From Spirochaetia bacterium (lineage in GTDB: Bacteria; Spirochaetota; Spirochaetia; SZUA-6; Bin103), in assembly GCA_965208575.1 (NCBI GenBank), contig CBDBOV010000006.1:1312001-1376000 (forward strand): DNA of 64,000 nt, written 5' to 3'. Below, one piece after another: positions 1 through 10,120 of the stretch. Each line of letters begins with the position of its first letter. Position 1 is the first letter of the stretch. The translations under genes were made by a program, and so were the position numbers. Below the pieces are notes generated by a model. That model made no database searches. It was given only the letters and a program-made list of their open reading frames with translations, and was not told the DNA's origin.

Positions 1-1
1 G

Positions 2-1159
2 GGCGGCCTTGGTGTGGGTCAGTTCGTTGGACCTCAGGGCGCGGCCGACGAGTTTGATCAGTGGTCGACCGAGACGATGCTTTCGGAGCGTGTAATAGGT
101 GGGACCGGTTCCCGCGGATTCCTGGCGTAGTTCGCGGCGACGGGGTCGTGCAGCCTGCCACCGTGCGGCGTATGCGGCCGCAAGTCGTCGGTAGACCTCG
201 GCGTCAAGCGCGCCGGTACGCCAGTAGCGGTACGCCACCATCGCTTCGCTCACGTTGCGGGCAGCGGCGACTTCGCTGATCTGGTCCGCGGCGGCGTCCA
301 CGGTGTGTCCTTGGCGAAGTCTGGGAAGGGAGTTGTGCGGAAGAAGCACTTCGCTGGCGACGTCGTTGCAGAATCGCTCCACGCGCGCTCGGTGGGTGCG
401 TGGCGGGACTGCAGTAGGAGCGGCACTCACACCGGTAGATCCGGTATACACGTGGACGAATTCGTGGATGAGCGTAAACGACTGGGCCGCGGTTGCATCC
501 TGGTCATTGATGATGATGAATGGCGCAATCTGATCGGCAACTGCAAATCCTCGAAACACCCGTTCATCGAGATTGGTATGGTGGGAACCAAGATTCCCCA
601 CCAGCAGCACGAAGACACCAAGCGCTTCGACCCGTTCTCTGAGAGTAGCGAATTGCACGGCTGAAGAGGCAACACGCGCATGACGCGTTTCGTCGAGGTG
701 GAGAGCGACGCGAATCGTTGCAGCCGCGTCCTCTATCGGCTCGGTGATGGGCATCGATCCAACGAAGGAGAGGCTCTCGGCGTCATCGTCATCTTCGAGG
801 ATGGACCTGACCAGGTCCTGACGCACGCGCGTAGCGCGGAGAAGCGCGTCGAGCAGGGGTTCGCTCTTGTCGGTCGCTCCGCCGACGGACCGGAAGTCCT
901 CGCCGCGGATGCCCGGAACGGGAGGTGCGGTGCGATAGAACGCCGTCAGAGGGCGCCGGTACGTCGCCGCGATCTTGAGCAACTGGTTCCGCGTCGGTTT
1001 CGCCTCGCCCCGTTCGAGAGCTTCCAGTCGCGCCGCCGAAGCGCGCCTGGCCCTTGATGTGAAGCCAAGTCGCAGCGCGGCTTCGTCGAGCGACATCCCG
1101 GCAGTCTCGCGTGCCCAATTCAAGATAGATGGGTTGATGTTCTCAGCGCGCGGAGTCAT
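2..1159 (-). CDS. XRE-family HTH + ImmA/IrrE (DUF955) metallopeptidase, 3' end runs off the window
   Basis: Not in the ORF track because it has no stop in the window. Manual translation from ATG 1159 gives MTPRAENINPSILNWARETAGMSLDEAALRLG...KPTRNQLLKIAATYRRPLTAFY (HTH), QSFTLIHEFVH (HExxH) and GPTYYTLRKHRLGRPLI near the edge. Confidence 0.88.
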   Translation of the reverse strand, partial: MTPRAENINPSILNWARETAGMSLDEAALRLGFTSRARRASAARLEALERGEAKPTRNQLLKIAATYRRPLTAFYRTAPPVPGIRGEDFRSVGGATDKSEPLLDALLRATRVRQDLVRSILEDDDDAESLSFVGSMPITEPIEDAAATIRVALHLDETRHARVASSAVQFATLRERVEALGVFVLLVGNLGSHHTNLDERVFRGFAVADQIAPFIIINDQDATAAQSFTLIHEFVHVYTGSTGVSAAPTAVPPRTHRARVERFCNDVASEVLLPHNSLPRLRQGHTVDAAADQISEVAAARNVSEAMVAYRYWRTGALDAEVYRRLAAAYAARWQAARPRRRELRQESAGTGPTYYTLRKHRLGRPLIKLVGRALRSNELTHTKAA

Positions 1160-1280
1160 GTCTCTCTGCAGTCAGCATCAGCGTCCTTGCAGCCCTGTCC
1201 CCATTATATTGCCGTTGCCCGCTACTGGGCACAACTCGGCGCGCGATCACGTAGTCGGCGGCCTCCAGGATTCAACGCCC

Positions 1281-1310
1281 TTGCATTGGTACTACAAATG
1301 TAGTTATAGT
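1281..1310 (+). promoter_or_regulatory. sigma70-like promoter with palindromic operator for brnTA
   Basis: TTGCAT-18 nt-TATAGT with the inverted repeat ACTACA-AA-TGTAGT (1291-1304) in the spacer, the usual layout for TA autoregulation. Confidence 0.6.
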
Positions 1311-1323
1311 TGGATAGGGACAA

Positions 1324-1593
1324 ATGTTCGAGTGGGATCCCGTCAAGAACCAATCCAACATAGAGAAGCACGGGGTTTCCTTCGAGACTGCCAAACGCAT
1401 CTTCGATGGCCCCGTAGCATCTGGGGTCGACACTCGAGAGGACTACGGTGAGGAACGCTTTATCGGCATCGGCCGGGCCGCGAACGCTGTTCTTGTCGTC
1501 GTCTATACCTATCGGGGAGAGAACACTCGATTGATCTCCGCCCGGCCGGCAACCCGTACGGAACGGGGGAAGTACAGTGACCAGATACAATAA
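1324..1593 (+). CDS. brnT: BrnT family toxin
   Basis: FEWDPVKNQSNIEKHGVSFETA...YGEERFIGIG...TRLISAR; overlaps the next gene. Confidence 0.92.
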   Translation: MFEWDPVKNQSNIEKHGVSFETAKRIFDGPVASGVDTREDYGEERFIGIGRAANAVLVVVYTYRGENTRLISARPATRTERGKYSDQIQ

Positions 1594-2140
1594 ACCGCTC
1601 ACACCCGACCAGATTGCCGCCATCCAGGACAAGGATATCGACCTCAGCGATATCCCGGAGCTCGACGATGACTTCTGGCAGGAGGCCGAGGTGAAGTTCC
1701 CTGATCTCACCGAGCAGGTCACCTTACGCGTGAAGGGCTCGGTGCTGGCCCACTTCAAAGCCTCGGGGAAGGGCTATCAGACCCGAATCAATCAGGTGCT
1801 CGAAGGCTACGTGCAGGAAAGCAAGCGACGCGCAAGGCGACAGGCCCGGCAGGACCCGGCGGTCAAGGCGATTGCAGAGTTTCAGAAGTTCTGGAAGGAG
1901 AGTGCCGCTGCGCAGATAGAGCGTGCCGCGGCCGGAGAGATGCAGAAGTTCTTGAAGGAGAATGGCGTGGCCACGATAGAGAGTGCCGTAGCCGCGGTGG
2001 CCGGGGAAATGCAGAGGCTCTTGAAGGAGGGCTTCGTGGCCACGATGGCCGCAGAGATGCAGAAGCTCCTGAAGGAAAGCGACGCGGCCACGATGGAACG
2101 TTCCGCCGCCGAGGAGATGCAGAGGAACCGACATCGATGA
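1577..2140 (+). CDS. brnA: BrnA family antitoxin with repetitive helical C-terminal extension
   Basis: IDLSDIPELDDDFW...VTLRVKGSVLAHFKASGKGYQTRINQVL, followed by about 100 extra residues of EMQKxLKE repeats. Confidence 0.85.
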   Translation: MTRYNKPLTPDQIAAIQDKDIDLSDIPELDDDFWQEAEVKFPDLTEQVTLRVKGSVLAHFKASGKGYQTRINQVLEGYVQESKRRARRQARQDPAVKAIAEFQKFWKESAAAQIERAAAGEMQKFLKENGVATIESAVAAVAGEMQRLLKEGFVATMAAEMQKLLKESDAATMERSAAEEMQRNRHR

Positions 2141-2305
2141 CGCGGACACGCAGCCACGGACCGATTATTGCGGTGTTGTAGACGCCGAGCGTAGGTCAGA
2201 AGCTCGCCGGACCGGCGGTCGCCCGGTGTCTACAAGCCCCGCCCGGCCACCAGGGCACGGTCGAACCGGTAGTCAGTGGTGTGCGGGGGCGGGTATCGTA
2301 GCGGC

Positions 2306-3397
2306 ATGGTTCGGTTTGGGATCATTGGGACCGGCGGGGTGGCCGGGGGCGGGGCGCGGGATCTTGGCGAGAACCCGGAGGCGGAGCTGATCGCGGTGGC
2401 CGATCCCAGCGGCGAGCGGCGAGCGGCGTTCGGGAAGCGGTTCGGGGTGCCGCACGTGCTCGAGAGCGCCGACCAGTTGCTGGACCTGGACGCGGTGGAC
2501 GCGGTGTACATCGCGGTGCCCAACTACCTGCACGTGCCGCTGGCAGCGCAGGCGCTGAACGCCGGCAAGCACGTGATTCTGGAGAAGCCGCTGGCCCTGA
2601 GCCGGGCCGACGCGGAGCCGCTGGTGGAGGCCGCGCGCGGGGCCGGTACCCACTTCATGCTGGGCATGAACCAGCGCTTCACGCCGCACGTGCAGCGCGC
2701 CCGCGGGCTGGTGGCGCAGGGACGCATCGGACGCGCCTACCACTGCAAGACCTACTGGCGCCGGCGGGCGGGCATCCCCGGCATCGGGAGCTGGTTCACC
2801 CGCAAGGAGATGTCCGGCGGCGGCGGGCTGCTGGACATCGGCGTGCACATGCTCGACAACGCCCTCTACATCCTGGACAACTTCGCCGTGCACTCGGTGT
2901 CCGGCGCCACCTACCGCGAGTTCGGCCCGAACGGCACCGGCGAGGGCGGCTATGGGCTGTCGGAGCGCACCGATGCGGCGTTCGACGTGGACGACTTCGC
3001 CACCGCCCTGATCAAGCTCGCCGGCGGCGCCACCGTGCTGATCGACGCGGTGTGGGCGATGCACAACGGGCGCAGGAGCGAGATGAACATCGAGCTGTAC
3101 GGCTCGGAGGGCGCCATCGACACCTACGGCGACAAACTGTTCCGCCAGCAGGGCAGCGAGTACCACGCCATCGAAGGCCCCGACGCCGGCCCGCTGCCCT
3201 ACCCGCACACCAGCCGCTTCCACCACTTCGTGAACGTGATCCTCGGCCGCGAGCAGCCGTGCGTGACCCTGGAGCAGGCACTCGCCGTGCAGCGCGTGAT
3301 CGACGCCATCTACGCCTCCGCGGCGAACGGGAAGGAAGTGCTCCTGAGCGGGGACGCTGCAAGCGGGACGCCGGCAGGCGAACCGGCACGCAAATAG
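2306..3397 (+). CDS. Gfo/Idh/MocA family oxidoreductase
   Basis: RFGIIGTGGVA, GKHVILEKP, GGGLLDIGVH. Confidence 0.9.
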   Translation: MVRFGIIGTGGVAGGGARDLGENPEAELIAVADPSGERRAAFGKRFGVPHVLESADQLLDLDAVDAVYIAVPNYLHVPLAAQALNAGKHVILEKPLALSRADAEPLVEAARGAGTHFMLGMNQRFTPHVQRARGLVAQGRIGRAYHCKTYWRRRAGIPGIGSWFTRKEMSGGGGLLDIGVHMLDNALYILDNFAVHSVSGATYREFGPNGTGEGGYGLSERTDAAFDVDDFATALIKLAGGATVLIDAVWAMHNGRRSEMNIELYGSEGAIDTYGDKLFRQQGSEYHAIEGPDAGPLPYPHTSRFHHFVNVILGREQPCVTLEQALAVQRVIDAIYASAANGKEVLLSGDAASGTPAGEPARK

Positions 3398-3411
3398 GAG
3401 GGGACGGCACC

Positions 3412-4362
3412 ATGCGGATTTTCTTTGTCGACGACACCGACATCGGCCTGAACGACGACATCGACTTCTCCGGGCTGCAGGCGCTCGGCGAGTACCGGAG
3501 CCTGCCCAACGGCACCGAGGCCGAGATTATCGCGCACGGAGAGGGCACCGAGATCATCGCCGTCAACAAGGCGCAGATCACGGCGCCGATCTTCGAAGCG
3601 CTGACCACGCTGCGGCTGGTGGCCGTGACCGCCACCGGTTACAACAACGTCGACCTGGAGGCGGCGCGCGCCGCCGGGGTCACGGTGAGCAACGTGGCCG
3701 GGTACGCCGGCGACACCGTGCCGCAGCACGCCTTCGCGCTGATCCTGAACCTGGCCACCAAGGCGTACAAGTACGCCGCCGACGTGGAGCGCGGAGACTG
3801 GCAGCGCAGCTCCTCGTTCACGCTGCTGCGCTACCCCGCCTTCGAGCTGAAGGGGCTGACCATCGGCATCGTCGGCTTCGGGGTGATCGGTCGCGGCGTG
3901 GCGCGCATCGCCGAGGGGTTCGGCATGCGGGTGCTCGCCAACGACGCCTTCCCGATCAAGGACAGCGCCTACCGCAACACGCCGCTCGACGAGTTGCTCG
4001 CGGCATCCGACTTCGTGACCATCCACAGCCCGCTGACCGAGGAGACGCGCAACCTGATCGACGCCGCGGCGCTGGCGAAGATGAAACCCACCGCGTACGT
4101 GATCAACACCGCGCGCGGCGGCATCGTGGACGAGGCCGCGCTGGCCGCGGCGCTGCATGGGGGCCGCCTCGCCGGGGCCGGCTTCGACGTGCTCACCGAG
4201 GAGCCGCCGACCGCCGGCAACCCGCTGCTCGATGCCCCCAACATCATCCTCACCCCGCACAGCGCCTGGTCCACCCGCGAGGCGCGGCAGGCCCTGATCG
4301 ACCAGACCACCATCAACATCCGCTCCTTCATCGCCGGCACCCCCCGCAACGTCGTGTCGTAG
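3412..4362 (+). CDS. D-2-hydroxyacid dehydrogenase (glycerate dehydrogenase/HprA-like)
   Basis: ATGYNNVD, GIVGFGVIG, INTARGGIVDE, GFDVLTEEPP, LTPHSAW; RBS GGAGGG upstream. Confidence 0.9.
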   Translation: MRIFFVDDTDIGLNDDIDFSGLQALGEYRSLPNGTEAEIIAHGEGTEIIAVNKAQITAPIFEALTTLRLVAVTATGYNNVDLEAARAAGVTVSNVAGYAGDTVPQHAFALILNLATKAYKYAADVERGDWQRSSSFTLLRYPAFELKGLTIGIVGFGVIGRGVARIAEGFGMRVLANDAFPIKDSAYRNTPLDELLAASDFVTIHSPLTEETRNLIDAAALAKMKPTAYVINTARGGIVDEAALAAALHGGRLAGAGFDVLTEEPPTAGNPLLDAPNIILTPHSAWSTREARQALIDQTTINIRSFIAGTPRNVVS

Positions 4363-4387
4363 CGTCTGCGTCCATAGGGGTCGAAGG

Positions 4388-4564
4388 CTATCACATCGGT
4401 GAAGCAGGCCGCCGCCCACGCGAAACTCTCGTTTCCAACCGCTTCAAGCGCACTGGGGATCCTCGAACGGGCCGGGATCGCGCGGGAGCTCACTGGCAGA
4501 AAGCGCAACCGCCTCTTCGCCTATCTATGACAGCTACGTGAACATCATCAGCGAGGACACCTGA
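4388..4564 (+). pseudogene. C-terminal wHTH remnant of a Fic-family protein, frameshifted
   Basis: Reads LSFPTASSALGILERAGIARELTGRKRNRLFAY, then a CTAT duplication (4521-4528), then DSYVNIISEDT*. This matches typical Fic C-termini; no start or Fic motif is present. Confidence 0.65.
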
Positions 4565-4607
4565 CCGTATCGATCCGGCGGGCGCGTGGCCCGGCAGCCG
4601 CAGTGTG

Positions 4608-5300
4608 CTACCCGATACCAAGGGTGGACGCGGCGGCGGGGGTGTCGATGTCGAACTCTCCCGCGGGGAAGGCGACCGTCACCAAGTCGTCGCAGTAGCA
4701 TGTGAACAGGGCGCGGGCGCCACGGTCCCCGGTAAGGCGGGTCAGCTCCGGGAAATAGCGGCGGGCAAACAGGGCCGGGACGCCGAGGGCGCCGCTGGCG
4801 TAGCGGCTGGCCACCAGCGCGGCACCCGCGCTCCGGTAGGCGGCGGCGATTTCGGCCAGGATCGCTTGTGACAGGAGCGGTTGATCAGTGACCAGCACCA
4901 ACGCCGCCCCGGGCGTGGAACGGGTGACCGCCACGGAGGTCTGCTCGGGGTCGGCGGTGCGGCAGGTCTCGGTGCCGGCATCGGGCTCGCGGACGGTGGG
5001 TAGGCTGGCGATGCCGCGGGCCAGGGAGCTGCCCATTCCTGTATGCCAGTCGGCGTTGATCACGGTGGTCACACGGCTGGCCAGGTCCTCCAGCGCCTCG
5101 CCGACCGCAGGCGCACTGCAGCCGAGCACCACGTGGACCGGATCGAGGCCGGCCGCCAAGGCCAGGCGCACGGTGCGGTGCAGCAGGGTCTCGCCGCGGT
5201 AGCGCAGCAACTGCTTGGGAGTGCCGAGGCGGCTCGAAGAGCCGGCGGCCAGGACCACGCCTGCAACGCCGCCGCCGCTGACCGGCGCCGCGTCGTTCAT
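4608..5300 (-). CDS. mocA: Molybdenum cofactor cytidylyltransferase (NTP_transf_3)
   Basis: VVLAAGSSSRLGTPKQLL, GMGSSL, DQP, GDRGAR, DIDTP; overlaps xdhC. Confidence 0.85.
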   Translation of the reverse strand: MNDAAPVSGGGVAGVVLAAGSSSRLGTPKQLLRYRGETLLHRTVRLALAAGLDPVHVVLGCSAPAVGEALEDLASRVTTVINADWHTGMGSSLARGIASLPTVREPDAGTETCRTADPEQTSVAVTRSTPGAALVLVTDQPLLSQAILAEIAAAYRSAGAALVASRYASGALGVPALFARRYFPELTRLTGDRGARALFTCYCDDLVTVAFPAGEFDIDTPAAASTLGIG

Positions 5301-6436
5301 GCGCCGCCGGTTACGGCGCTCGGTTTGGCGGTGTGGATCGGGGCGGCGCGGGCGCGCAGCGGGGTGCCGGCGCGGCCGGCGAGGGCGGTGCGGATCTCGG
5401 CCAGGATGGACAGCGCGATCTCCGGCGGCGAGTCGGCGCCGATGTCGAGGCCGGCGGGGCCGTACAGCAGTTCGCCGGCGGGTGCGCGGTCGCCGAGTTC
5501 CTCCACCAGGCGCTGCAGGCGGCGGCGCGGGCCGAGCACGCCGATGTAGCGCACGTCGCGGGCGCCGAGCTGCTCCAGGTACTGCAGGTCGGTGGGGTAG
5601 CTGTGGGTCATCAGCACCACCACCTCGCCGTGGCGCGCCGGCACGGTGGCGGTGAACTCTTCGCGCGCTGCGGTACGTACCTGCACGGCGGCGGGAAAGC
5701 GCTCGGGACGGGCGAAGGCGGCGCGGTGGTCGAACACGATCGGCGCCCAGCCGAGCGCACCGGCCAGCGCCACCAGCGGCTCGGCGTCGGGACCGGCGCC
5801 GCACACGGTCAGTGGCAGCGGCGGCTCGATCACTTCCAGCAGCACGCGCACCGGCGCGCCGTCTATCTCGTAGCGGGCGGATCGCGAACTTCCCGCCTCC
5901 ATCAACCGCATCAGGTCGTTGCTCACCGCGGCGCACAACTCGGAACGCCAGTGGCCGTAGGGGGTGCCTTCCGAAGCCGCAGTCATGGCGAGCCGCGCGC
6001 CTACCTCCGCCTCATGCCCGGACTCGTAAACGGTCGCCAGGACGCTGCGATGGCCGCGCGCGCGGGCCGCGGCGATGCTCGGCAGGTAGCGGCTGTCGGC
6101 GACCGCGTCCGCGGGGGCCACGCGCTCCAGCAGTACGTCGACCACGCCGTTGCAGCCCAGTCCCAGGCCGAGCAGGGCATCCTCGGGAGCGGTCGAGTCG
6201 TAGCGCACGGTGCGCGAACGGCCGTCGGCCAGCACTTCGGCGGCGCGCTCCAGAAGGTCGCCCTCCAGGCAGCCGCCGCTGATCATGCCGACGGTGTCGC
6301 CGCCGGGCAACGCAAGGGCGCGCGCCCCGACGCTACGGTAGCTCGACCCCTCCACGTGCACCAGGGTGGCCAGCGCGCACACCGATCCCGCGGGCAGCGC
6401 GGACAGTGTGTCAGTGATGCTTTGCAGCTCGTCCAT
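5297..6436 (-). CDS. xdhC: XdhC/CoxI molybdoenzyme maturation factor
   Basis: GSSYRSVGA, GMISGGCLE, LGLGCNG, YIGVLGP, GPAGLDIGADSPPEIALSILAEI. Confidence 0.92.
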   Translation of the reverse strand: MDELQSITDTLSALPAGSVCALATLVHVEGSSYRSVGARALALPGGDTVGMISGGCLEGDLLERAAEVLADGRSRTVRYDSTAPEDALLGLGLGCNGVVDVLLERVAPADAVADSRYLPSIAAARARGHRSVLATVYESGHEAEVGARLAMTAASEGTPYGHWRSELCAAVSNDLMRLMEAGSSRSARYEIDGAPVRVLLEVIEPPLPLTVCGAGPDAEPLVALAGALGWAPIVFDHRAAFARPERFPAAVQVRTAAREEFTATVPARHGEVVVLMTHSYPTDLQYLEQLGARDVRYIGVLGPRRRLQRLVEELGDRAPAGELLYGPAGLDIGADSPPEIALSILAEIRTALAGRAGTPLRARAAPIHTAKPSAVTGGA

Positions 6437-6474
6437 GTGCGGCGCGCAACGACCTCCGGCCCCCGCGCGGCGGA

Positions 6475-6732
6475 TCAGCCGCCGGCGACCGCGGGGATGA
6501 AGTACACCTCGCTATCGGCCTGCACGCGCTCCAGGAAGGCATCCTCGAGGCGCTGGCCGATGATCTCGCCGTCGATGGCGATGGCGGTGGTGGCCTTCAG
6601 CTCGTCGACCAACCCCGGAAAGCGCTCATCGAGCACGCGCAGCACGCCGCGCACGTTGTGCGCCTCCACCTCGATGCTGCTCTCGCCGCCGGTTCGCTCC
6701 AGCAGGCGAGTGGGGATTTCGATGCGCGCCAT
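6475..6732 (-). CDS. MoaD/ThiS family sulfur carrier
   Basis: 85 aa, [16 protein letters not shown]..., C-terminal FIPAVAGG. Confidence 0.85.
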   Translation of the reverse strand: MARIEIPTRLLERTGGESSIEVEAHNVRGVLRVLDERFPGLVDELKATTAIAIDGEIIGQRLEDAFLERVQADSEVYFIPAVAGG

Positions 6733-6754
6733 CGTCCCGGAACCGGCCCGGCGG

Positions 6755-7234
6755 TCAACTCTGCGCCTGCAGCACCGTGGCGGCGTCCTGCACCGCGCGC
6801 ACGATCTTGTCGTAGCCGGTGCAGCGGCACAGGTTGCCGGACAGCCAGTAGCGGATCTCGTGCTCGCTCGGGTCGGGGTTGCGCTCCAGCAGCGCCTTGG
6901 CCGCGACCACCACGCCGGGGGTGCAGATCCCGCACTGCAGGCCGGCGTGCTCCAGCAGCTTCTGCTGTACCGGGTGCAGCTTCTGGTCCTTGGCAACGCC
7001 CTCCACGGTCTCGATCTCGTGGCCGGCGGTCTCCGCCGCATACACCAGGCAGGAACAGACGATGTTGCCGTCCATCACCACGGTGCAGGCGCCGCAGTCG
7101 CCGGTGGCGCAGCCTTCCTTGGTGCCGGTGAGGCCGATCTTGTCGCGCAGCACCTCCAAGAGGCTCAAGTGCGCCTCGCACAGGAACTCGGTGGGTTCGC
7201 CGTTGATGGTGGTTTGTACGTGCATCTGGCTCAT
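6755..7234 (-). CDS. Molybdenum hydroxylase small [2Fe-2S] subunit (CoxS-like)
   Basis: [33 protein letters not shown]. Confidence 0.92.
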   Translation of the reverse strand: MSQMHVQTTINGEPTEFLCEAHLSLLEVLRDKIGLTGTKEGCATGDCGACTVVMDGNIVCSCLVYAAETAGHEIETVEGVAKDQKLHPVQQKLLEHAGLQCGICTPGVVVAAKALLERNPDPSEHEIRYWLSGNLCRCTGYDKIVRAVQDAATVLQAQS

Positions 7235-7263
7235 GTTTCTCTCCCTTCTCTCTCGCTGTTCGC

Positions 7264-8130
7264 CTAAAGCGACGCGCGCGCCCGGTCGCGGGCCGCGGCG
7301 GCCGCGCGCCTGGTCAGCACGCCGGCGACGTGGCGGCGGAACTCGGCGGTTCCGCGCCGGTCGGTGATTGGACGGGAGGCCGCGGAAGCCGCCGCCCCGG
7401 CGCGCTCCAGGTCGCCATCGTCGATGGCGGTTCCGATCAGCGCTGCCGCCGCGTCGGGAACCATGATGGCGGTCGGCGCCACCGCTCCGAGCGCCACGCG
7501 GGCGGCGCTGCAGTTGCCGGAGGCATCGAGCGTCACGCTCACCCCCGAGCCGACCACCGCGATGTCCATCTCGTTGCGCGGGATGAAGCGCAGGTAGGCG
7601 TCGCGCGAGCCGGCGCCCGGCGCCGGAATCTCGAACGACACCAGGAACTCGCCGTCGGCGAGCACGTTGCTGCCCGGTCCGGTGCAGAAGTCCTCCACCG
7701 CAACCCGGCGCTCGCCGGTCGGTCCGGCGATCCGGCACACCGCGCCCACCGCCATCAGCGCCGGCACGGTGTCGGCCGCCGGCGACGAGTGGCACAGGTT
7801 GCCGCCCAGGCTGGCGCGGCTCTGGATCTGGGACGAGCCGATCAACTCGGCCGCCTCCACCACGCCGGGATAGACCTGGCGCAGCGTCGGGTGATCGGTC
7901 AGGTCGACCGCCGGCACCGCGGCGCCAAGCACCAGGCCATCGTCCGAGAGCGCAATCTCTCGGGTCGCGGCGATGTTCTTTACGTCGACGATCAGTTCGG
8001 GGATGTTGCGGGTCAGCCTCATCTGCACCATGAGATCGGTGCCGCCCGCCAACACCCGGGCTCCGGGATTCTGGCCGAGCACCTCGGTGGCTTCACTCAC
8101 GGTCATCGGGCTCGCGTATCGCGCACTCAT
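7264..8130 (-). CDS. Molybdenum hydroxylase FAD subunit (CoxM-like)
   Basis: [49 protein letters not shown]. Confidence 0.92.
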   Translation of the reverse strand: MSARYASPMTVSEATEVLGQNPGARVLAGGTDLMVQMRLTRNIPELIVDVKNIAATREIALSDDGLVLGAAVPAVDLTDHPTLRQVYPGVVEAAELIGSSQIQSRASLGGNLCHSSPAADTVPALMAVGAVCRIAGPTGERRVAVEDFCTGPGSNVLADGEFLVSFEIPAPGAGSRDAYLRFIPRNEMDIAVVGSGVSVTLDASGNCSAARVALGAVAPTAIMVPDAAAALIGTAIDDGDLERAGAAASAASRPITDRRGTAEFRRHVAGVLTRRAAAAARDRARASL

Positions 8131-8249
8131 AGCAGGGCCAGTATAACGCTCCGTGACGCAGCGCGCATACCCCGGATGCTCGACCACGCTCGACCACGAT
8201 CAACGCGCCCGACCCGCTCAGCGTCGGCTGCTCCGTGGGGTGCCTTCGG

Positions 8250-8543
8250 CTATCGCCGGCCAGCCCAGTACGTTGGCCTTCGCTTCATGTGCATTGTGGC
8301 GAGAACGCGAATACGATCGACAAGCGTCCTATAGACGACCGCGTATGGGAACCCACGTACGAGCCGTCTTCGAATCTCACCCTGCATCAGCCGACCCGAA
8401 TTGGGGAATGCGACGATTGACTCCGTGCAAGCTTCAACGGAGTCCACGAACATCATTCCCAATCCGGTACTTCTGCTCTCGTAGTAGTGGGCTGCCTCGT
8501 CGAGTTCACACACTGCCAGCGGGTGAAACGAGAGCATCCGCAT
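8250..8543 (-). CDS. RelE/ParE family toxin
   Basis: FHPLAVCELDEAAHYYESRSTGLG...RRRLVRGFPYAVVY...HMKRRPTYW. Confidence 0.88.
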   Translation of the reverse strand: MRMLSFHPLAVCELDEAAHYYESRSTGLGMMFVDSVEACTESIVAFPNSGRLMQGEIRRRLVRGFPYAVVYRTLVDRIRVLATMHMKRRPTYWAGRR

Positions 8544-8759
8544 CTACGTCAGTTGTCCACGCAGCTCGTTGAACACCTCCTCCGCCGGTTTGTCAGTCAT
8601 GTAGGGCGCCAAGTCCCGTCTGGCGGCTTCTTCCGCCCAGATCTCGTCGTTCTGCTCAACGGTGAGCTCGTCCAGGCTCTGCAGTAGGGTGCCCGCCAAC
8701 TGCGCACGCGACCGTGGGTGAAGCTTGAGCGCCTCCGTGACTATCTCGTCCAGTTGCAT
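8544..8759 (-). CDS. Addiction module antitoxin
   Basis: ALKLHPRSRAQLAGTLLQSLD...WAEEAARR...PAEEVF, directly upstream of the toxin. Confidence 0.85.
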   Translation of the reverse strand: MQLDEIVTEALKLHPRSRAQLAGTLLQSLDELTVEQNDEIWAEEAARRDLAPYMTDKPAEEVFNELRGQLT

Positions 8760-8965
8760 GGGCTCAGTGTACCGTCGCCAGCGGCACTGTGCATCATCGA
8801 ATCTCCGACCGAGCGCATCCGGTGCCGTTGCAACCATCCGGTGGTGTTCGTAGGCTGCCGGCACGTGATGCGGATCTTCGCGGGACAGATCCTCCTGGCC
8901 ATGACGGCCCACCGGTGCCGTGCTCCGCTCCCGGCGCCGTCCAGCCGCGCCGGGATGCCGGCGCC

Positions 8966-9973
8966 GTGAATCGACCGGCCGTCCGAGGCGGCTGGCGCGG
9001 CGACCTGCTTACCCTGCTGCGCGGCGTGGGGCTGGGCGTGGTCGAGCTGGTACCGGGGGTGAGCGCCGGCACCCTGGCGCTGATTCTGGGCATCTACGAA
9101 CGCATGGTGGGCGCGATCGCCGCGCTGGTCGAGGTGGTGCGCGCACTGCTGCTGCCGCGGCGCGACGGCTCCGCCACCTGGCGGGCGCAGATCGCGCAGG
9201 CGTGGCGCGCGGTGCCGTGGCGCTTCGCGCTGGTGCTTGGGGCCGGCATGGGCGGTGCGCCGCTGCTGTTCAGCCACCCGGTGGGGACGGTGATCGATAC
9301 GGCGCCGCACCTGGCGCTGGCATTTTTTTGCGGCGTGGTGCTGGTCGCGGTGGTGCTGCCGCTGCGTTCCGTCGGTGCCTGGCGGTTGCCCCAGGTTGCG
9401 GCGTTCCTGCTTGCCGGGGCCGCCGCGGTGGTGCTGCTCGGACTGCCGGTGCAAGGCGGCGGCGAGCCGGCCATGTGGTTCCTGGGTCTGAGCGGCGTGG
9501 TGGCGGCCGCCGTGATGGTGCTGCCCGGGGTGAGCGGCGCGTTCGTACTGCTGGTGCTCGGCCCCTACCCCTACCTGATCGGCGTGATCCGCGGCCTGAC
9601 CACCGGTGACCCGCAGCTCGTGCCGCTGATCGTGTTCCAGGCCGGCGTGCTGATCGGCATGGGCGCGGTCAGCAAGGCGCTGTCGTGGCTGCTGCAACGC
9701 GCGCGCGGCATCACGCTGGCGGCGCTGAGCGGCCTCATGCTGGGCTCGCTGCGCCGCCTGTGGCCGTTCCTGGCCCGGCCCGACGCCGCCGAGGCGGATC
9801 ACCTGCCGCTGCATGCCTTCCCCAAGGTGCCGCCCGCCGAACTGGCTCAGGTACCGCCCGCCGAGCTCACGGCGGTCCTGCTGGCCGCATTGGCCGGCGC
9901 CTTGCTGGCCGCCCTCGGGGTTGCCGGCGCGTTGCGGCACGCATCGGCCGCGGGCGGGCGAGCCGACTCGTAG
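8966..9973 (+). CDS. DUF368 membrane protein (undecaprenyl-phosphate translocase family)
   Basis: VPGVSAGTLALILGIYER and MVLPGVSGAFVLLVLG; many TM segments. Confidence 0.88.
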   Translation: MNRPAVRGGWRGDLLTLLRGVGLGVVELVPGVSAGTLALILGIYERMVGAIAALVEVVRALLLPRRDGSATWRAQIAQAWRAVPWRFALVLGAGMGGAPLLFSHPVGTVIDTAPHLALAFFCGVVLVAVVLPLRSVGAWRLPQVAAFLLAGAAAVVLLGLPVQGGGEPAMWFLGLSGVVAAAVMVLPGVSGAFVLLVLGPYPYLIGVIRGLTTGDPQLVPLIVFQAGVLIGMGAVSKALSWLLQRARGITLAALSGLMLGSLRRLWPFLARPDAAEADHLPLHAFPKVPPAELAQVPPAELTAVLLAALAGALLAALGVAGALRHASAAGGRADS

Positions 9974-10120
9974 CCCCGTGGACGGCTAATTGAGCTTTGC
10001 TCTGATGTTGCGAGAGCGTCACCGGCTCCGCGCGGCGAGTAACCGAGGCACCCTGATACCAGGCGCGGCCATCTATGTTCGCCATGCCGGACGGGTTACA
10101 TTGCGGTACCCGTGACATCC

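Noticed and set aside
61-1118. Short ORFs listed in the track
   Set aside because: They overlap the real minus-strand HTH-ImmA/IrrE gene (2-1159), which the track misses because it has no stop in the window.
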